64,000 nt of DNA from an uncultured bacterium. Its GTDB lineage: Bacteria; Krumholzibacteriota; Krumholzibacteriia; LZORAL124-64-63. The position numbers and the translations under genes were made by a program. The stretch is taken from NCBI GenBank assembly GCA_963727525.1, contig CAVSGO010000005.1, forward strand, positions 64,001-128,000, given 5' to 3'. The stretch's first letter is position 1, and the number at the start of each line of letters is the position of its first letter. Of this stretch, positions 28,185-38,056 are shown one piece after another. The notes beneath the pieces are model-generated. The model did not search any database. It saw nothing but the letters and a program-made list of their open reading frames with translations, and was not told the origin of the DNA.

Positions 28185-29098
28185 CGCGGTTCCTCCGCGA
28201 CCGTCGTGGCTGCATCCTGCCACGTGCGCCCCTCACCCACATGCGGCGCCGACCAGCCGACGCCGAAGGTCATGGCCTGCTGCAGTCGCCGCTCGAGGGC
28301 ACCGCCGCGGGGATTGGGCGCATCCTCCCAGCGAACGCGGTGGTAGAGGAAATACTTGGCCACGAAGTGGAACATGCGCGAGAGCGGCAACCACACCAGC
28401 ACGACACCGCCCAGCGCCAGCTCGACCTGCACGCCCGCCGGCGCCGCGAGCGGTTGAAACGCGACGAGAGCGGCCGCGGCCGTCACGAGGGACGCGAATC
28501 CGCGCTCCACCGCGTGCACGCCCAGGGCCGTGCCGAGCCAGGCGACGAAGACCGCCAGGTTCAGGATGTCGCTCGGCGCGTTGTAGGCGCGCAGGGCGGG
28601 GTCGACGAGTCGGCGGTGCGCCAGCGCCACAGCACCTCCTAGCGCCAGGACGAGGCCCGTGAAACCGACCACCGTCGTCGCCGTGCTCGCGGCCGTCGAC
28701 AGAGTGCCGCCGCCGTGTCCCGTTGCCACCGCGATTCCCTGCCCGAGGTTGCCGAGAAGCCAGACGATCAGCAGGTAGAGGCCGGCATGGAAGGGCCAGC
28801 TTCGCCGCCACAGCGCCGGGTTGTGATGCCGTACGCCCGCCAGCAGGACGATCTCCGCCGCCATCGCGCGAAGAGCGCCGCCGTGATCCGGCCGCCGCGT
28901 CCGGGTCCACCAGTCGCTCTCCTCGAAGATCGAGCCGCCATAGTGGGCCCGACCTCGCTCGTGCGCCACGGGATACAGCTCCCAGCGCAGGTGGACCGGC
29001 GCGCGCCCATAGCGCAGGCTCCTCACGACGACGGCGACGAGGCAGAACACCACGGCGGCATACACGAAGATCTGCACGGGAAGCTGAAGTTGCGGCAT
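28181..29098 (-). CDS. DsrM/NarI-like membrane cytochrome b
   Basis: HLRWELYPVAHE, YGGSIFEESDWW, WPFHAGLY, PLSRMFHFVAKY; about 6 TM helices; ATGA-coupled to the DsrK-like gene. Confidence 0.82.
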   Translation of the reverse strand: MPQLQLPVQIFVYAAVVFCLVAVVVRSLRYGRAPVHLRWELYPVAHERGRAHYGGSIFEESDWWTRTRRPDHGGALRAMAAEIVLLAGVRHHNPALWRRSWPFHAGLYLLIVWLLGNLGQGIAVATGHGGGTLSTAASTATTVVGFTGLVLALGGAVALAHRRLVDPALRAYNAPSDILNLAVFVAWLGTALGVHAVERGFASLVTAAAALVAFQPLAAPAGVQVELALGGVVLVWLPLSRMFHFVAKYFLYHRVRWEDAPNPRGGALERRLQQAMTFGVGWSAPHVGEGRTWQDAATTVAEEPR

Positions 29099-29199
29099 GA
29101 TCGGCTCCGATGGCGACGATGCGAGGGCACGGCGCGAGCAACGGATGGCGGGCCAAACATAATCGGCGGCACCAGGGCGGGCAAACCGGACTCGCAGGA

Positions 29200-29910
29200 T
29201 CAGGCGGGGCGGACCACCGCGATCTCGGCGGGCAACGCCAGGCGCGCGATTGCCGCGGTGCGGGCGAGATCCGGCTCGAGCAGGGCGGCCGGCCAGGGCA
29301 CCGTGTCCCGCAAAGCTTCGGGCAGCGGTGACGGCAGGTCGTCCTCGCCGCGGCAGGCGCGCACGGCGACCTCGCGCACCCCTCGCGTGCGCGCGTGCAG
29401 CTCGCGCACGTGCGTCAGCAGTTCGACACGCTCGGGATACACCTCGAGGTGCCCGATCACCAGGGTGACACCCAGCGTCACTCCGCCGCGCGTCAGATCG
29501 TGGGCCGCCTTGAGCCAGGCCGTCGTGCCCGGCGTGAGTCCGAGCAGCGACCGCGCGCGGTCGCTGAGCAGCCAAGTTTCGCCGGCCACGATCTCGCGCA
29601 GGGCGGGTGGCAGGGGCAGGTCGCCCGGCGTCGCCACGGCGGGGCCCGCCGGTCGTCGCGGCACCGGCCCCGCGGCAGCCTCGAGGTCGGCGAGCGCGGC
29701 CTCCTCGAAGAGCACCAGCAGCTCGCCGCTCTCAGGCAGCCGCGTGCGCAACTCGTCCAGCAGCGTGCGGGCGAAGGCCGACGACGTCGGCGGCGGCGCG
29801 AGCCGGTCCGGCGGGAAGACCCGCGGCCCCTCACCGCTGGTCTCGTCCTCGCGACGCGCGAGTAGCTCGTGGAACCGATCCGGGGGCATGGGCAGTTCGC
29901 GGTCGGTCAT
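29200..29910 (-). CDS. Hypothetical protein
   Basis: ORF fills the gap 4 nt downstream of the sulfotransferase on the same strand; no motif recognised. Confidence 0.5.
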   Translation of the reverse strand: MTDRELPMPPDRFHELLARREDETSGEGPRVFPPDRLAPPPTSSAFARTLLDELRTRLPESGELLVLFEEAALADLEAAAGPVPRRPAGPAVATPGDLPLPPALREIVAGETWLLSDRARSLLGLTPGTTAWLKAAHDLTRGGVTLGVTLVIGHLEVYPERVELLTHVRELHARTRGVREVAVRACRGEDDLPSPLPEALRDTVPWPAALLEPDLARTAAIARLALPAEIAVVRPA

Positions 29911-29914
29911 GGCA

Positions 29915-30781
29915 TCAGACGGCCGTCGTCTCCATCCGTCGCCGGTAGGCACGGACGGCGGGATTCACGCGGAACTTCCAGTAGAGACGATTGAGCCGAT
30001 CGTGCACGTGATTGAAACCGCGACCACGATGCGCCTGGAAGCGGGCGAGGTCGTCGGCCAGCGACGGGCCGTAGGCGGCGCGGTGACGCGGCATGAGCAC
30101 GTTGGCCACATGGTCGTACAGTGGCTGTTCGCGGCGGTTCAGATGGGCGAGCTGCTCGCGCCGCACCGGATCGTCGAGGATGCCACGCGCCACGTCGTTG
30201 CGCTCGGCCACGTTGGATCGCAGGTAGGCGATGTTCAGTTCGGGCGCCACCAGCTTGCGCAGCAGGAGCAGCGATTCGTCGAAGTGCTCGAGCAGACCCA
30301 CGAAGATCCCCAGCTCCTCGATCGCGGCGATCGCGGCCGCCGCGTCGCTCTCGCGCGTGAAGTACTTGAGCTGATGATTATGCGGCTCGTTCCAGACACA
30401 CCACTGCGCCCAGTCGAGCGGGTCTTTTTCCGTCGCCACATGATACTGGTAGTGCGACGCCGCGCGCTTCAGGGGATCGCGCACGAAGGCGAAGTACCGT
30501 ACGGGTTGCAGATCGTGCAGTCCGCCGGGGACAGTGACGGCATGGCCGCCGATCGCCTTCATACCGGGGCACACCGACATCAGCCGGCGGAAGTCGTCAT
30601 GGTCGTACGAGGCGACCGATAGCGCGCGCTCCTCGGCGCCGGGCACGAGATGGCTCCGCCAGGGCACGGCGTGGCAGTAGGCGATGCCGAACGTGGAGCG
30701 CAGCAACGTCTCCACCGAGCGGCCGCCGGTCTTGGCCAGGTGCAAGAATGTCAGCAGAGAACGCGACTCTTGGCTCATCAC
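29915..30781 (-). CDS. PAPS-dependent sulfotransferase (Sulfotransfer_2 / Gal-3-O-sulfotransferase-like)
   Basis: FLHLAKTGGRSV (5'-PSB loop), FVRDPLKRAASHYQY (3'-PB), VGLLEHFDESLLLL. Confidence 0.82.
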   Translation of the reverse strand: MMSQESRSLLTFLHLAKTGGRSVETLLRSTFGIAYCHAVPWRSHLVPGAEERALSVASYDHDDFRRLMSVCPGMKAIGGHAVTVPGGLHDLQPVRYFAFVRDPLKRAASHYQYHVATEKDPLDWAQWCVWNEPHNHQLKYFTRESDAAAAIAAIEELGIFVGLLEHFDESLLLLRKLVAPELNIAYLRSNVAERNDVARGILDDPVRREQLAHLNRREQPLYDHVANVLMPRHRAAYGPSLADDLARFQAHRGRGFNHVHDRLNRLYWKFRVNPAVRAYRRRMETTAV

Positions 30782-32169
30782 ATGTACCCCAGATCCTTCA
30801 TCTCGCGCTCGATCTTTGCGCGCATCGCGTCGTCGGCGTCGGCGACGGCCCCCGGGTCGGCGCCCGCCTCCAGCGACGCCGCCAGCAGCGCCCTCAGGCG
30901 CTGCGTCCGCGCGCGATCCCGCCGCAGGTTGTGGCGCTCGTGCGGATCGGCCGTGAGGTCGTAGACCTCATCGCCGTGCTGCCTCAGATAGAGCATGCGC
31001 GCGCGTTTGCGCAAGCGCTGGTTGCGCGTGAGATGCGGACTCGGCAGGGAAGCGATGAGCTTGTCACGACCGGCGCGAACCGCAGCCTTGAACATGCCGT
31101 GACAGTACACCGGCGCCGCGATGGACGGATCGTCGTCGACCTCGCCGCGGATCAAGGGCGCACACGAGCGCGCGGCCAGACCGGGCGGCAGGGCGACGCC
31201 GGCCAGGTCGAGCAGGGTGGGCAGCAGGTTCACGTGGCTCACCGGGCTGACGACGCGCCGGCCCGCCCGCTCCAGGCGCGGATCGACGATGATGCCCGCG
31301 GTGCGGATGACCTCCTCGTGCAGGCCGACCTGCCCATGAGTAAATCCGCCATGATCCAGGAATTCCTCGCCGTGGTCAGACAGCACGCAGATGATCGTGT
31401 TCTGATCGAACCCCAGATTCGCGAGCGACTCCACCAGGTCGCCGATGACACCGTCATTGTACTGCACCGCCGCGTCGTACTTGTCGATCAGCCACTGGAG
31501 GGTGTCGGGCGCGAGCCGCTTCCACTTCAGGTTCACGTCGCGAATGAGGCGCATCAGCTTCTGATGGTTCGCATCGTCGCCCGTGTTCAGCCGTTCGCGT
31601 TCCTGGGGAAAGGCGATCTGCCGGATCGCGGCCGGCACCGCGTCGGGAGCGACGGTGTCGAACGCCTCGGCGAACTCGTCGGGTAGCCGGTAGGGTAGGT
31701 GCGGCCCGTCATAATGAAGGAAGAGACAGAAAGGCGCGTCGTGACCGTGTTGGGACAGCCACTCCACCGCTCCCTGCGTGACGGTCCGGGGCAGTTCCTT
31801 GCTGTAATCGAAGCTGCGCCCCTGCGTCACCACCTCGAGCGGTCCCCAGATATCGCCCAGCAAGTGCTCGAAGAAGTTGAAGGTGACGACGCCGGCCGTA
31901 CGCATGCCGGCTTCCGTCAGAGCCGCCGTGACGGGCGACTGGATAGCTCGACGGGTGAAGGCGAAGACACCGTGCTGGCGCGGGTACACGCCGGTGAACA
32001 GACTGGTGAACGCGGGGGCCGTGAAGTTCGAGGCCGACCAGCAGGCATCGAGCACGACGCCGCGGCGGGCCAGGGCATCGATACAGCTCGAGGTGGGACG
32101 ACGGTAGCCGTAGCAACCCAGGTGGTCGGCACGGAGCGTATCGACCACGATGAGCAGGATGTTGCGCAC
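30778..32169 (-). CDS. Sulfatase-like alkaline-phosphatase-superfamily protein with Thr at the nucleophile position
   Basis: NILLIVVDTLRADHLGCYGY, FTAPAFTSLFTG, HYDGPHLPY, SDHGEEFLDHG, YDLTADPHE; GTG start with AAGGAG RBS. Confidence 0.85.
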   Translation of the reverse strand: MRNILLIVVDTLRADHLGCYGYRRPTSSCIDALARRGVVLDACWSASNFTAPAFTSLFTGVYPRQHGVFAFTRRAIQSPVTAALTEAGMRTAGVVTFNFFEHLLGDIWGPLEVVTQGRSFDYSKELPRTVTQGAVEWLSQHGHDAPFCLFLHYDGPHLPYRLPDEFAEAFDTVAPDAVPAAIRQIAFPQERERLNTGDDANHQKLMRLIRDVNLKWKRLAPDTLQWLIDKYDAAVQYNDGVIGDLVESLANLGFDQNTIICVLSDHGEEFLDHGGFTHGQVGLHEEVIRTAGIIVDPRLERAGRRVVSPVSHVNLLPTLLDLAGVALPPGLAARSCAPLIRGEVDDDPSIAAPVYCHGMFKAAVRAGRDKLIASLPSPHLTRNQRLRKRARMLYLRQHGDEVYDLTADPHERHNLRRDRARTQRLRALLAASLEAGADPGAVADADDAMRAKIEREMKDLGYM

Positions 32170-32208
32170 GGGCGCTCCTTTGCCCGAGTACGGACTCAAA
32201 GAACGATC

Positions 32209-34296
32209 TCAGCGAACGAGCACGAGCTTCGTGTTCACCGTCGGCTGACCCGCCACCTCGAGCCGCGCCAGGTAGACGCCCGTCGCGACACCCCGACCTG
32301 CCTCGTCGGTCCCATCCCAGATCCACGCATGGTCACCGGCGGGCAGGTCGCCCCGGTACAGCGCCGCGACCTCGTGACCCCGCGGATCGTAGATCCGCAG
32401 CCGCACGGCCGCCGGCGCCGCGAGACGGCAGCGCACGGTCGTGTGAGGGTTGAACGGATTCGGGAACGACGTCAAGGACGGAATCGCCGGCACCTCGCGC
32501 GCGCCGATCGCGGTCGGCGCCACCCACTCGAAACACCCGATATCGGGCGCGCCGCCGAAGGGCACGGCCTGGCCGTCGAGATCCTGCGTGAGCCCCAGAT
32601 CGAGGCCGGCATCGATGATGGGCGCCCCCGTGAGCGGGTGCAGGTCGAGGCCGCCCACGAATGGCGAGGCCGTGAGAGTGACCATGTTCTCCCAGGTCAC
32701 GTCCGGTGCGATGATCTGGTCGCTCGCCACCGCAACGTTCGAGATCTGCGCCATGCCGCCGAATTCGGAATGGATCTGCACATCGTTGCCGGTCCCCCAG
32801 AACGCGCAGTTGATCAGCGAGCAGAGCTGGTCGGGTTCCCAGCCACCGCCCTCGAGCGCCGAGCAGAAGCCGTCACCGATCGCATACGACGCGCTGTTTA
32901 CCCTGTTGTCGACGAAGGTGCAGTTGCGCATGATGGCACGGGGATAGTGACGCACGATCATCCCACCACCGCGGCTGTACTCCAGGGTCTCGGTGCCGTC
33001 GGGGCGCACGCCCGCGCGGTTGCCGCGGAACTCGCAGTAGTCGTAGGTCGCCAGCTCGCCCTGGTTCGTGACCAGCGCCCCGCCTTTCATCGAACCGCCG
33101 CCCTGGTACCAGGCGGCGTTATCGATGAAACGGCAGTCGACGACGTGTCCCACGGCGTAGCGCCCGATGTACAGCCCCGCGCCCTGGGCGTTGTAGTTGT
33201 CCTGGAACAGGCATCCCGTCACCGTCACGTCGACGAGGCGGTCGAGATCGCCTTTGATGATGACGGCGCCGCCGTCGCCCGCCTGGGAGCCGTGGTCCAT
33301 CAGGCCACGGTTGTCGTGGAACTCGCAATTCTCGGCGGTGAACGACACCGGCAACATGTGACCGGCGTCGCGATGGACACGGATGCCCGCGCCCCCGCAC
33401 CAGTTGAGCGACGGCACGGTGCCCGAGCGCGAACCGTTGAGATTGCATCGGCGCATCGTGAACGAGCTGCTGTCGATGTCGATGGCTCCGGCAGGTCCGG
33501 CCGAAGAGCTGTCCAGGATATCCGTGTCTTCGCAGGTGACGACCGTCGGCACGGAATTGCCGGCGATCGCCATGGCCCCACCCTTGCCGTTGCCGACCGC
33601 AGCATTCTGCTCGAAGGTGCACGAAAGGATCTGGAGCTGGTAGCCACCACCCACCCAGAGGGCGCCACCGTTGCCGCTGGTCTGGTTGCCGACGAAAGTG
33701 CAATGTTCGAGAGTGAGGTTTGCATCGACGCCCGGGGTCAGCGCGGCGATGGCGCTGCCGGCCGAGCCGCCGGTGCGCTGGGCGCCGCGCAGGTTCTCGA
33801 AACGGCAGCGCGCGAAGAGCACCGACTGCACGAGCGAGTCCGGATTCGCCACCGTGAACGCAGCCGGCGTCCGCGGCACGCCATTGCCCAGGAAGTTCAC
33901 GGCGCGCACCTCGGTGCCCGCCAGCGTCGTCGGGACAGTGAAGGTACCGTTCGTTCCGACCTGGACCTCGGTGGCACCGGGTTCGTATTCGAGGTACCGG
34001 TTGGTGAGCAACGCCGTCAGCGTGACCGGTTCGTCGAGTACGTGCGTCTCGGGGTAGAGCAGCACCGTGTCCTGGGCCGCCGCCGACGCCAGCGCCGCCG
34101 CGAGCGTCGGGTAGCAATTCTCCGGCAGCCAGATGGAAGGCGTACTCGGCCCACCCGCCAGTGTCCCGCTGGTCCGGACATGGAACACGGCGGCACCGGC
34201 GGAACCCGCCGACACGAGCAACGACACGAACAACGACACGAGGCCCCACAACACCAGGTTCACGGCACGCGCGAACCGTACCTGCTTCATGGCCAT
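32209..34296 (-). CDS. Secreted right-handed beta-helix (pectin-lyase-like) protein with choice-of-anchor-Q-like and FlgD-Ig CTD
   Basis: Signal peptide; repeated CxFxxNxA...GGA motifs; PIIDAG...DLDG...APDIGCFE; FPNPFNP...IYDPRG...WDGTDEAGRGVATGVY. Confidence 0.8.
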   Translation of the reverse strand: MAMKQVRFARAVNLVLWGLVSLFVSLLVSAGSAGAAVFHVRTSGTLAGGPSTPSIWLPENCYPTLAAALASAAAQDTVLLYPETHVLDEPVTLTALLTNRYLEYEPGATEVQVGTNGTFTVPTTLAGTEVRAVNFLGNGVPRTPAAFTVANPDSLVQSVLFARCRFENLRGAQRTGGSAGSAIAALTPGVDANLTLEHCTFVGNQTSGNGGALWVGGGYQLQILSCTFEQNAAVGNGKGGAMAIAGNSVPTVVTCEDTDILDSSSAGPAGAIDIDSSSFTMRRCNLNGSRSGTVPSLNWCGGAGIRVHRDAGHMLPVSFTAENCEFHDNRGLMDHGSQAGDGGAVIIKGDLDRLVDVTVTGCLFQDNYNAQGAGLYIGRYAVGHVVDCRFIDNAAWYQGGGSMKGGALVTNQGELATYDYCEFRGNRAGVRPDGTETLEYSRGGGMIVRHYPRAIMRNCTFVDNRVNSASYAIGDGFCSALEGGGWEPDQLCSLINCAFWGTGNDVQIHSEFGGMAQISNVAVASDQIIAPDVTWENMVTLTASPFVGGLDLHPLTGAPIIDAGLDLGLTQDLDGQAVPFGGAPDIGCFEWVAPTAIGAREVPAIPSLTSFPNPFNPHTTVRCRLAAPAAVRLRIYDPRGHEVAALYRGDLPAGDHAWIWDGTDEAGRGVATGVYLARLEVAGQPTVNTKLVLVR

Positions 34297-34341
34297 GACG
34301 CATGCGTCCTTTGGTCGGGTGATGGTCAGCAGTTTTTTTAT

Positions 34342-34370
34342 ACTATAACGTATTTTTAGATCTATTTCAA
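34342..34370 (-). promoter_or_regulatory. Near-consensus sigma70 promoter for the beta-helix/sulfatase/sulfotransferase genes
   Basis: Minus strand TTGAAA, 17 nt, TATAGT, in an AT-rich gap. Confidence 0.75.
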
Positions 34371-34434
34371 TATGCCAGTCGGGGTGCGGCGGGGTGCCGA
34401 ACCGAGGTCGGCGCATACCACCGTTTTACGGCCG

Positions 34435-35811
34435 TTATTCTCCGTTTTTCAGGACATGGCACTCCTCCGCCCCATCCAGGACGGGAACCATCCGGGCCCG
34501 GCGCCGACCACGGTCGAGCACGACGCTCGCGAACACGCCGACGGCGAGGCCCAGGACGGCGACCAGGCCAGCGTAGGCCAGGGCCTGCATGGCCGACGGT
34601 TCTGTCGCCACCTGGGGATCGGTGATGCATGTCACGCGCTGGCTACGGGCGACCGCGAGTTCGGCCAGATGCACGTCGTCGCTCGTGACCTGCAGGTGCT
34701 CGAGGGCGTCGCTCCTGGCCGTGATCTGGGCATCGAGCTGCGTGATGCGCTCGTGGGCCTCCCGCGCATCCGCGCCCCGCGCCTGGACATCGGCGATCTG
34801 GGTCTGTAGTGCACGGCCTCGCGCACGCAAGCTCGCGAGTTCATCGGCGCGGGTCTGAACGTAGTCCGCCACCGCGCCACGCACCTGCACACGGAGATCC
34901 GCGACGACGCCGGCCTGCCGCAGCGCTACCCGGCTGCTCTCCGGGTGGTCGGCGAGCAGTTTCGTGTAGGCGACCACCTCGGCATCGAGGCGCGATCGTG
35001 CGTCGGCCAGGGGACCGACCGTGATGTCGGAAGGCACGAAATCGGGTTGCGATACCAGCGTCTCGTGCAATCGGTGAAGGGCCATCTCATGTTGAGAGAT
35101 CGTAGCGGACGTCTGCGCAAGCTCGCTGCGGAGCTGCGGCACCAGCCCGGCGTCGTCGCCCGCGCCGGCGCCGGCGGCCACGCTCCGCCTCACGGCCAGC
35201 AGGCTGTCGATCCGGGTCGTCAAGTGCGCGATCCGCGTACGGCAGTACGCGCTCGCCTGCTCATCGCGCCGATCCTGCACCAGGTAGGCGATCACCGCGT
35301 CGCGGATGGTGCGATCGACCATGATCGCCACGCGCGGCTCGGACGACGCGAAACGGATATCGAGGGCGCTGCGGTCCAACCGAGGCGCCACGTCCAGCCG
35401 GGACTGCACGAACGACCGCATGGCCAGCGGATCGCGAAGTCGGACGAGCGCCGAGTCGATCGCCATCAGCGCTGGCAGGGAATCGCGGAGAGCGGCGGCG
35501 GCGCGCTCGGCGACGGGAACGCTCATGGCGAGCTGGGCGAGGCTGTGCAAGGTGGTCGCATCGGCCACGGGTTGCCACGTCGCCGATGCTCCGTCCGTCG
35601 CCTGCTGCTCGATCAGCACGCGGCTGGTGGCGACGAACGCGCTGTTCGCCCGCAGCACCGCGAAGGCGCCGATCAGGAGCGCGGCGGCAAGGACGAGAAA
35701 CAGCCAGCCCCGGCGCCTGACGACCACGACACTCAGGCTGCGAACACCGCCAGACGCCTCGGTGACCGGCAGCGTACGTGCGTCCCGGGGAACCAGTTTC
35801 GACACGGTCAT
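34435..35811 (-). CDS. Polysaccharide co-polymerase (GumC/Wzc-like) without a tyrosine-kinase domain
   Basis: N- and C-terminal TM helices, FVATSRVLIE, coiled-coil with YTKLLADHPESS; ATGA-coupled to wza. Confidence 0.75.
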   Translation of the reverse strand: MTVSKLVPRDARTLPVTEASGGVRSLSVVVVRRRGWLFLVLAAALLIGAFAVLRANSAFVATSRVLIEQQATDGASATWQPVADATTLHSLAQLAMSVPVAERAAAALRDSLPALMAIDSALVRLRDPLAMRSFVQSRLDVAPRLDRSALDIRFASSEPRVAIMVDRTIRDAVIAYLVQDRRDEQASAYCRTRIAHLTTRIDSLLAVRRSVAAGAGAGDDAGLVPQLRSELAQTSATISQHEMALHRLHETLVSQPDFVPSDITVGPLADARSRLDAEVVAYTKLLADHPESSRVALRQAGVVADLRVQVRGAVADYVQTRADELASLRARGRALQTQIADVQARGADAREAHERITQLDAQITARSDALEHLQVTSDDVHLAELAVARSQRVTCITDPQVATEPSAMQALAYAGLVAVLGLAVGVFASVVLDRGRRRARMVPVLDGAEECHVLKNGE

Positions 35812-36572
35812 CTCCTGATGAGATTGCCGTCCAGGATGTAGCGCATGTCCACCGCGAGCTGGGTGTACTGGAGCAGATTCCTGATCAGACCGTCGGTGAA
35901 GGCGGCAAAATCGCCGATCGCGGACCGCGACACGTAGATGACGTCGTAGGATTGCAGATCGATGAGGGCCGGGTCGAAGCCCTTGCCGGCCGCGAAGCCG
36001 GCGAGGTTGAGTTCGCGGAAGAGGTAGCCCTGGGGCGTCACGCGGACGAGCACCACCGAGCCCTTGTCCGCATACTTCGTGAATCCGCCCGCGAGCGCAA
36101 GCGCGGCGACCACCGAGAAACCGGCGCCGGGAATCTCGTAGGCTCCGGGTCGCTCGACCTCGCCCAGGACGTAGACGTCGTTAGCGCCCAGTTCCCTGAC
36201 GGACACCGCGATTCTCGGCTCCCGGAACTCCTTGGCATAAGCGCGCGTGAGGACATCATCAAGTTCGGAGAGCGTGAGACCGGCCACCATGATCTGGTCC
36301 AGGCCGAAGAAGCTCGCGCGTCCGTCAGGCAGTACGAGCACGGAGTCCTGATTGAGCTGTTCGTTAAACATATCCTGCACGCCGAGGGTATCGCCGCGCC
36401 GGATCAGGTACTCGCGCTTGTCGAGCGCCTGCATCCGGGCCTGCTGCTCGGGCGAGAACCCCAGGGTCATCTCCCGCTTCACGGCCGGCCCCATCGCCGC
36501 ACCGCTGCAGCCGCTCAGGATCGCGAGGCCGCACAATCCGACCATGACTCTCAACACCGCGCGCATGACCAT
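35808..36572 (-). CDS. wza: Polysaccharide export lipoprotein (Wza/OPX family)
   Basis: Lipobox LSGC; YLIRRGDTLGV, VLPDGRASF, VYVLGEVERPG, ALALAGGF (SLBB); GAGGAG RBS. Confidence 0.88.
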   Translation of the reverse strand: MVMRAVLRVMVGLCGLAILSGCSGAAMGPAVKREMTLGFSPEQQARMQALDKREYLIRRGDTLGVQDMFNEQLNQDSVLVLPDGRASFFGLDQIMVAGLTLSELDDVLTRAYAKEFREPRIAVSVRELGANDVYVLGEVERPGAYEIPGAGFSVVAALALAGGFTKYADKGSVVLVRVTPQGYLFRELNLAGFAAGKGFDPALIDLQSYDVIYVSRSAIGDFAAFTDGLIRNLLQYTQLAVDMRYILDGNLIRR

Positions 36573-36672
36573 GGACTCCTCTGGTACGCAAACCACCCGG
36601 ACAGATGACAACGTTGAATGCGGGGAAACCGGAATGGCAAATCGCCTGCGAGGCGATACTTTCAGGGGCGAG

Positions 36673-36701
36673 ACTCTAGGCCTAATACCGGGATGTGTCA
36701 A
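36673..36701 (-). promoter_or_regulatory. Sigma70 promoter upstream of wza
   Basis: Minus strand TTGACA, 17 nt, TAGAGT; a small hairpin ATCGCCT-GCG-AGGCGAT lies in the leader (36641-36657). Confidence 0.7.
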
Positions 36702-36724
36702 CCGCCGGCCCCCCTCGCCGGATC

Positions 36725-38056
36725 TCACCCTGGCGCGGCGCGTAGACGGCGCCAGTCGCGGACCTTCTGCCGCCCCTTGAGCCAGCTCTCGCGGTAGAAC
36801 GCGAGCACCTCCCGCGGCGCGACCACGTAGGGCAAACGCGCGTCCCCCAGCCGGTTGAGAATGGCGAGGCACACCAACCGCCCTCCCAGCATGAGCAGCA
36901 CCTGGCCGGTGATGACGCCGGCCATACCGCCCAGGTGCAGGCACCCCAGGAGCACGAAGGGAGAGATCAGGAGCAAGCCGCCATAGATGTAGAGGTTCAC
37001 GTCGTTGCGGCGCATGGCCCGCAGGACGAGCTGGGCGTTCCAGAGCAGGCTGAACATGGCCAGCGCATTGATCCGGAAGATCGGCACCGCCGCCGCGTAC
37101 TGCTCCGTGAACATGGCCAGCACGAGCGGTCGGGCGATCACGATGAGCAGGATCACGAACGGCACGACCACGCCATACATGCCGGTGAGGATCTCGCGCC
37201 AGAGCTTCCGGATGCCGTCCCAGTCGTCCTGCTGCTCCAGGACGGCGAACTGACCGAGAGAGACCACGGTGAGCGCTTGCAGGTAGTACGCCACGATCGG
37301 CAGCTCGGTGATGCCGTTCGAGTACACGGCGAACGCCTCGACCCCGAGGTACCGGCTCACGACCACCGGGTGCACGCGCAGCAGGAGCGACCAGGCCGCG
37401 CCTCCGAGCCCGAGCACCACCCCGTAGCCGAGTTGCGCCCGCAGCCCATGGAAGTAGCGCCGCGCCCGCAGTCCGTGCAGGCGCAGATGGACGTAGAGCA
37501 CCATGGCCAGGAAATGCGCGAGCCTCGCCACGACCAGGGTCGTGAAGATCTGGCCGATATCGCGCGTCAACGCGGCCACCACGAGCGTGGCGCCGCTCAC
37601 GCCGAGCTGCCCGACCACCTCGAACACCGCCGACGGCAGGATGCGCTGCCGGGCGCAGAGATAGCAGTCGGTCGCGGTGATCAGCATGAGGATGACGGTG
37701 TAGCACACGAGTTGCGGGTAGTGCGACGCCAGGGCCACCATGTTGAGGGCCGCGGCCAGGGGTCCCCGCACCGGCGTGATCACGGCGAACGCCACCGAGT
37801 ATACCAGCACGTTCATCGCGAGGCTGTTGACGAAATAGGCGCCGGCGTTGGCCTCGTCGCGCGGGATGAAGTAGAAGAGCGACTGGTTGATGCCGAACTG
37901 GAAGAGGATGGCGACGATCTGCTCGAGCAGGAAGAACTGGCGGTAGGCACCGTAGTCGGCCTGGACCAGGATACGCACGAGGAAGATCGGCAAGACGATG
38001 CGGATGGCGTAGCCGGCCATCTTGGACGCGAAGATGTAGAGCGACCGGTTCAGCAT
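36725..38056 (-). CDS. wzx: Oligosaccharide flippase (Wzx / MOP family)
   Basis: PIFLVRILVQADYGAY, multiple TM helices, MFTEQYAAAVPIFRI. Confidence 0.82.
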   Translation of the reverse strand: MLNRSLYIFASKMAGYAIRIVLPIFLVRILVQADYGAYRQFFLLEQIVAILFQFGINQSLFYFIPRDEANAGAYFVNSLAMNVLVYSVAFAVITPVRGPLAAALNMVALASHYPQLVCYTVILMLITATDCYLCARQRILPSAVFEVVGQLGVSGATLVVAALTRDIGQIFTTLVVARLAHFLAMVLYVHLRLHGLRARRYFHGLRAQLGYGVVLGLGGAAWSLLLRVHPVVVSRYLGVEAFAVYSNGITELPIVAYYLQALTVVSLGQFAVLEQQDDWDGIRKLWREILTGMYGVVVPFVILLIVIARPLVLAMFTEQYAAAVPIFRINALAMFSLLWNAQLVLRAMRRNDVNLYIYGGLLLISPFVLLGCLHLGGMAGVITGQVLLMLGGRLVCLAILNRLGDARLPYVVAPREVLAFYRESWLKGRQKVRDWRRLRAAPG

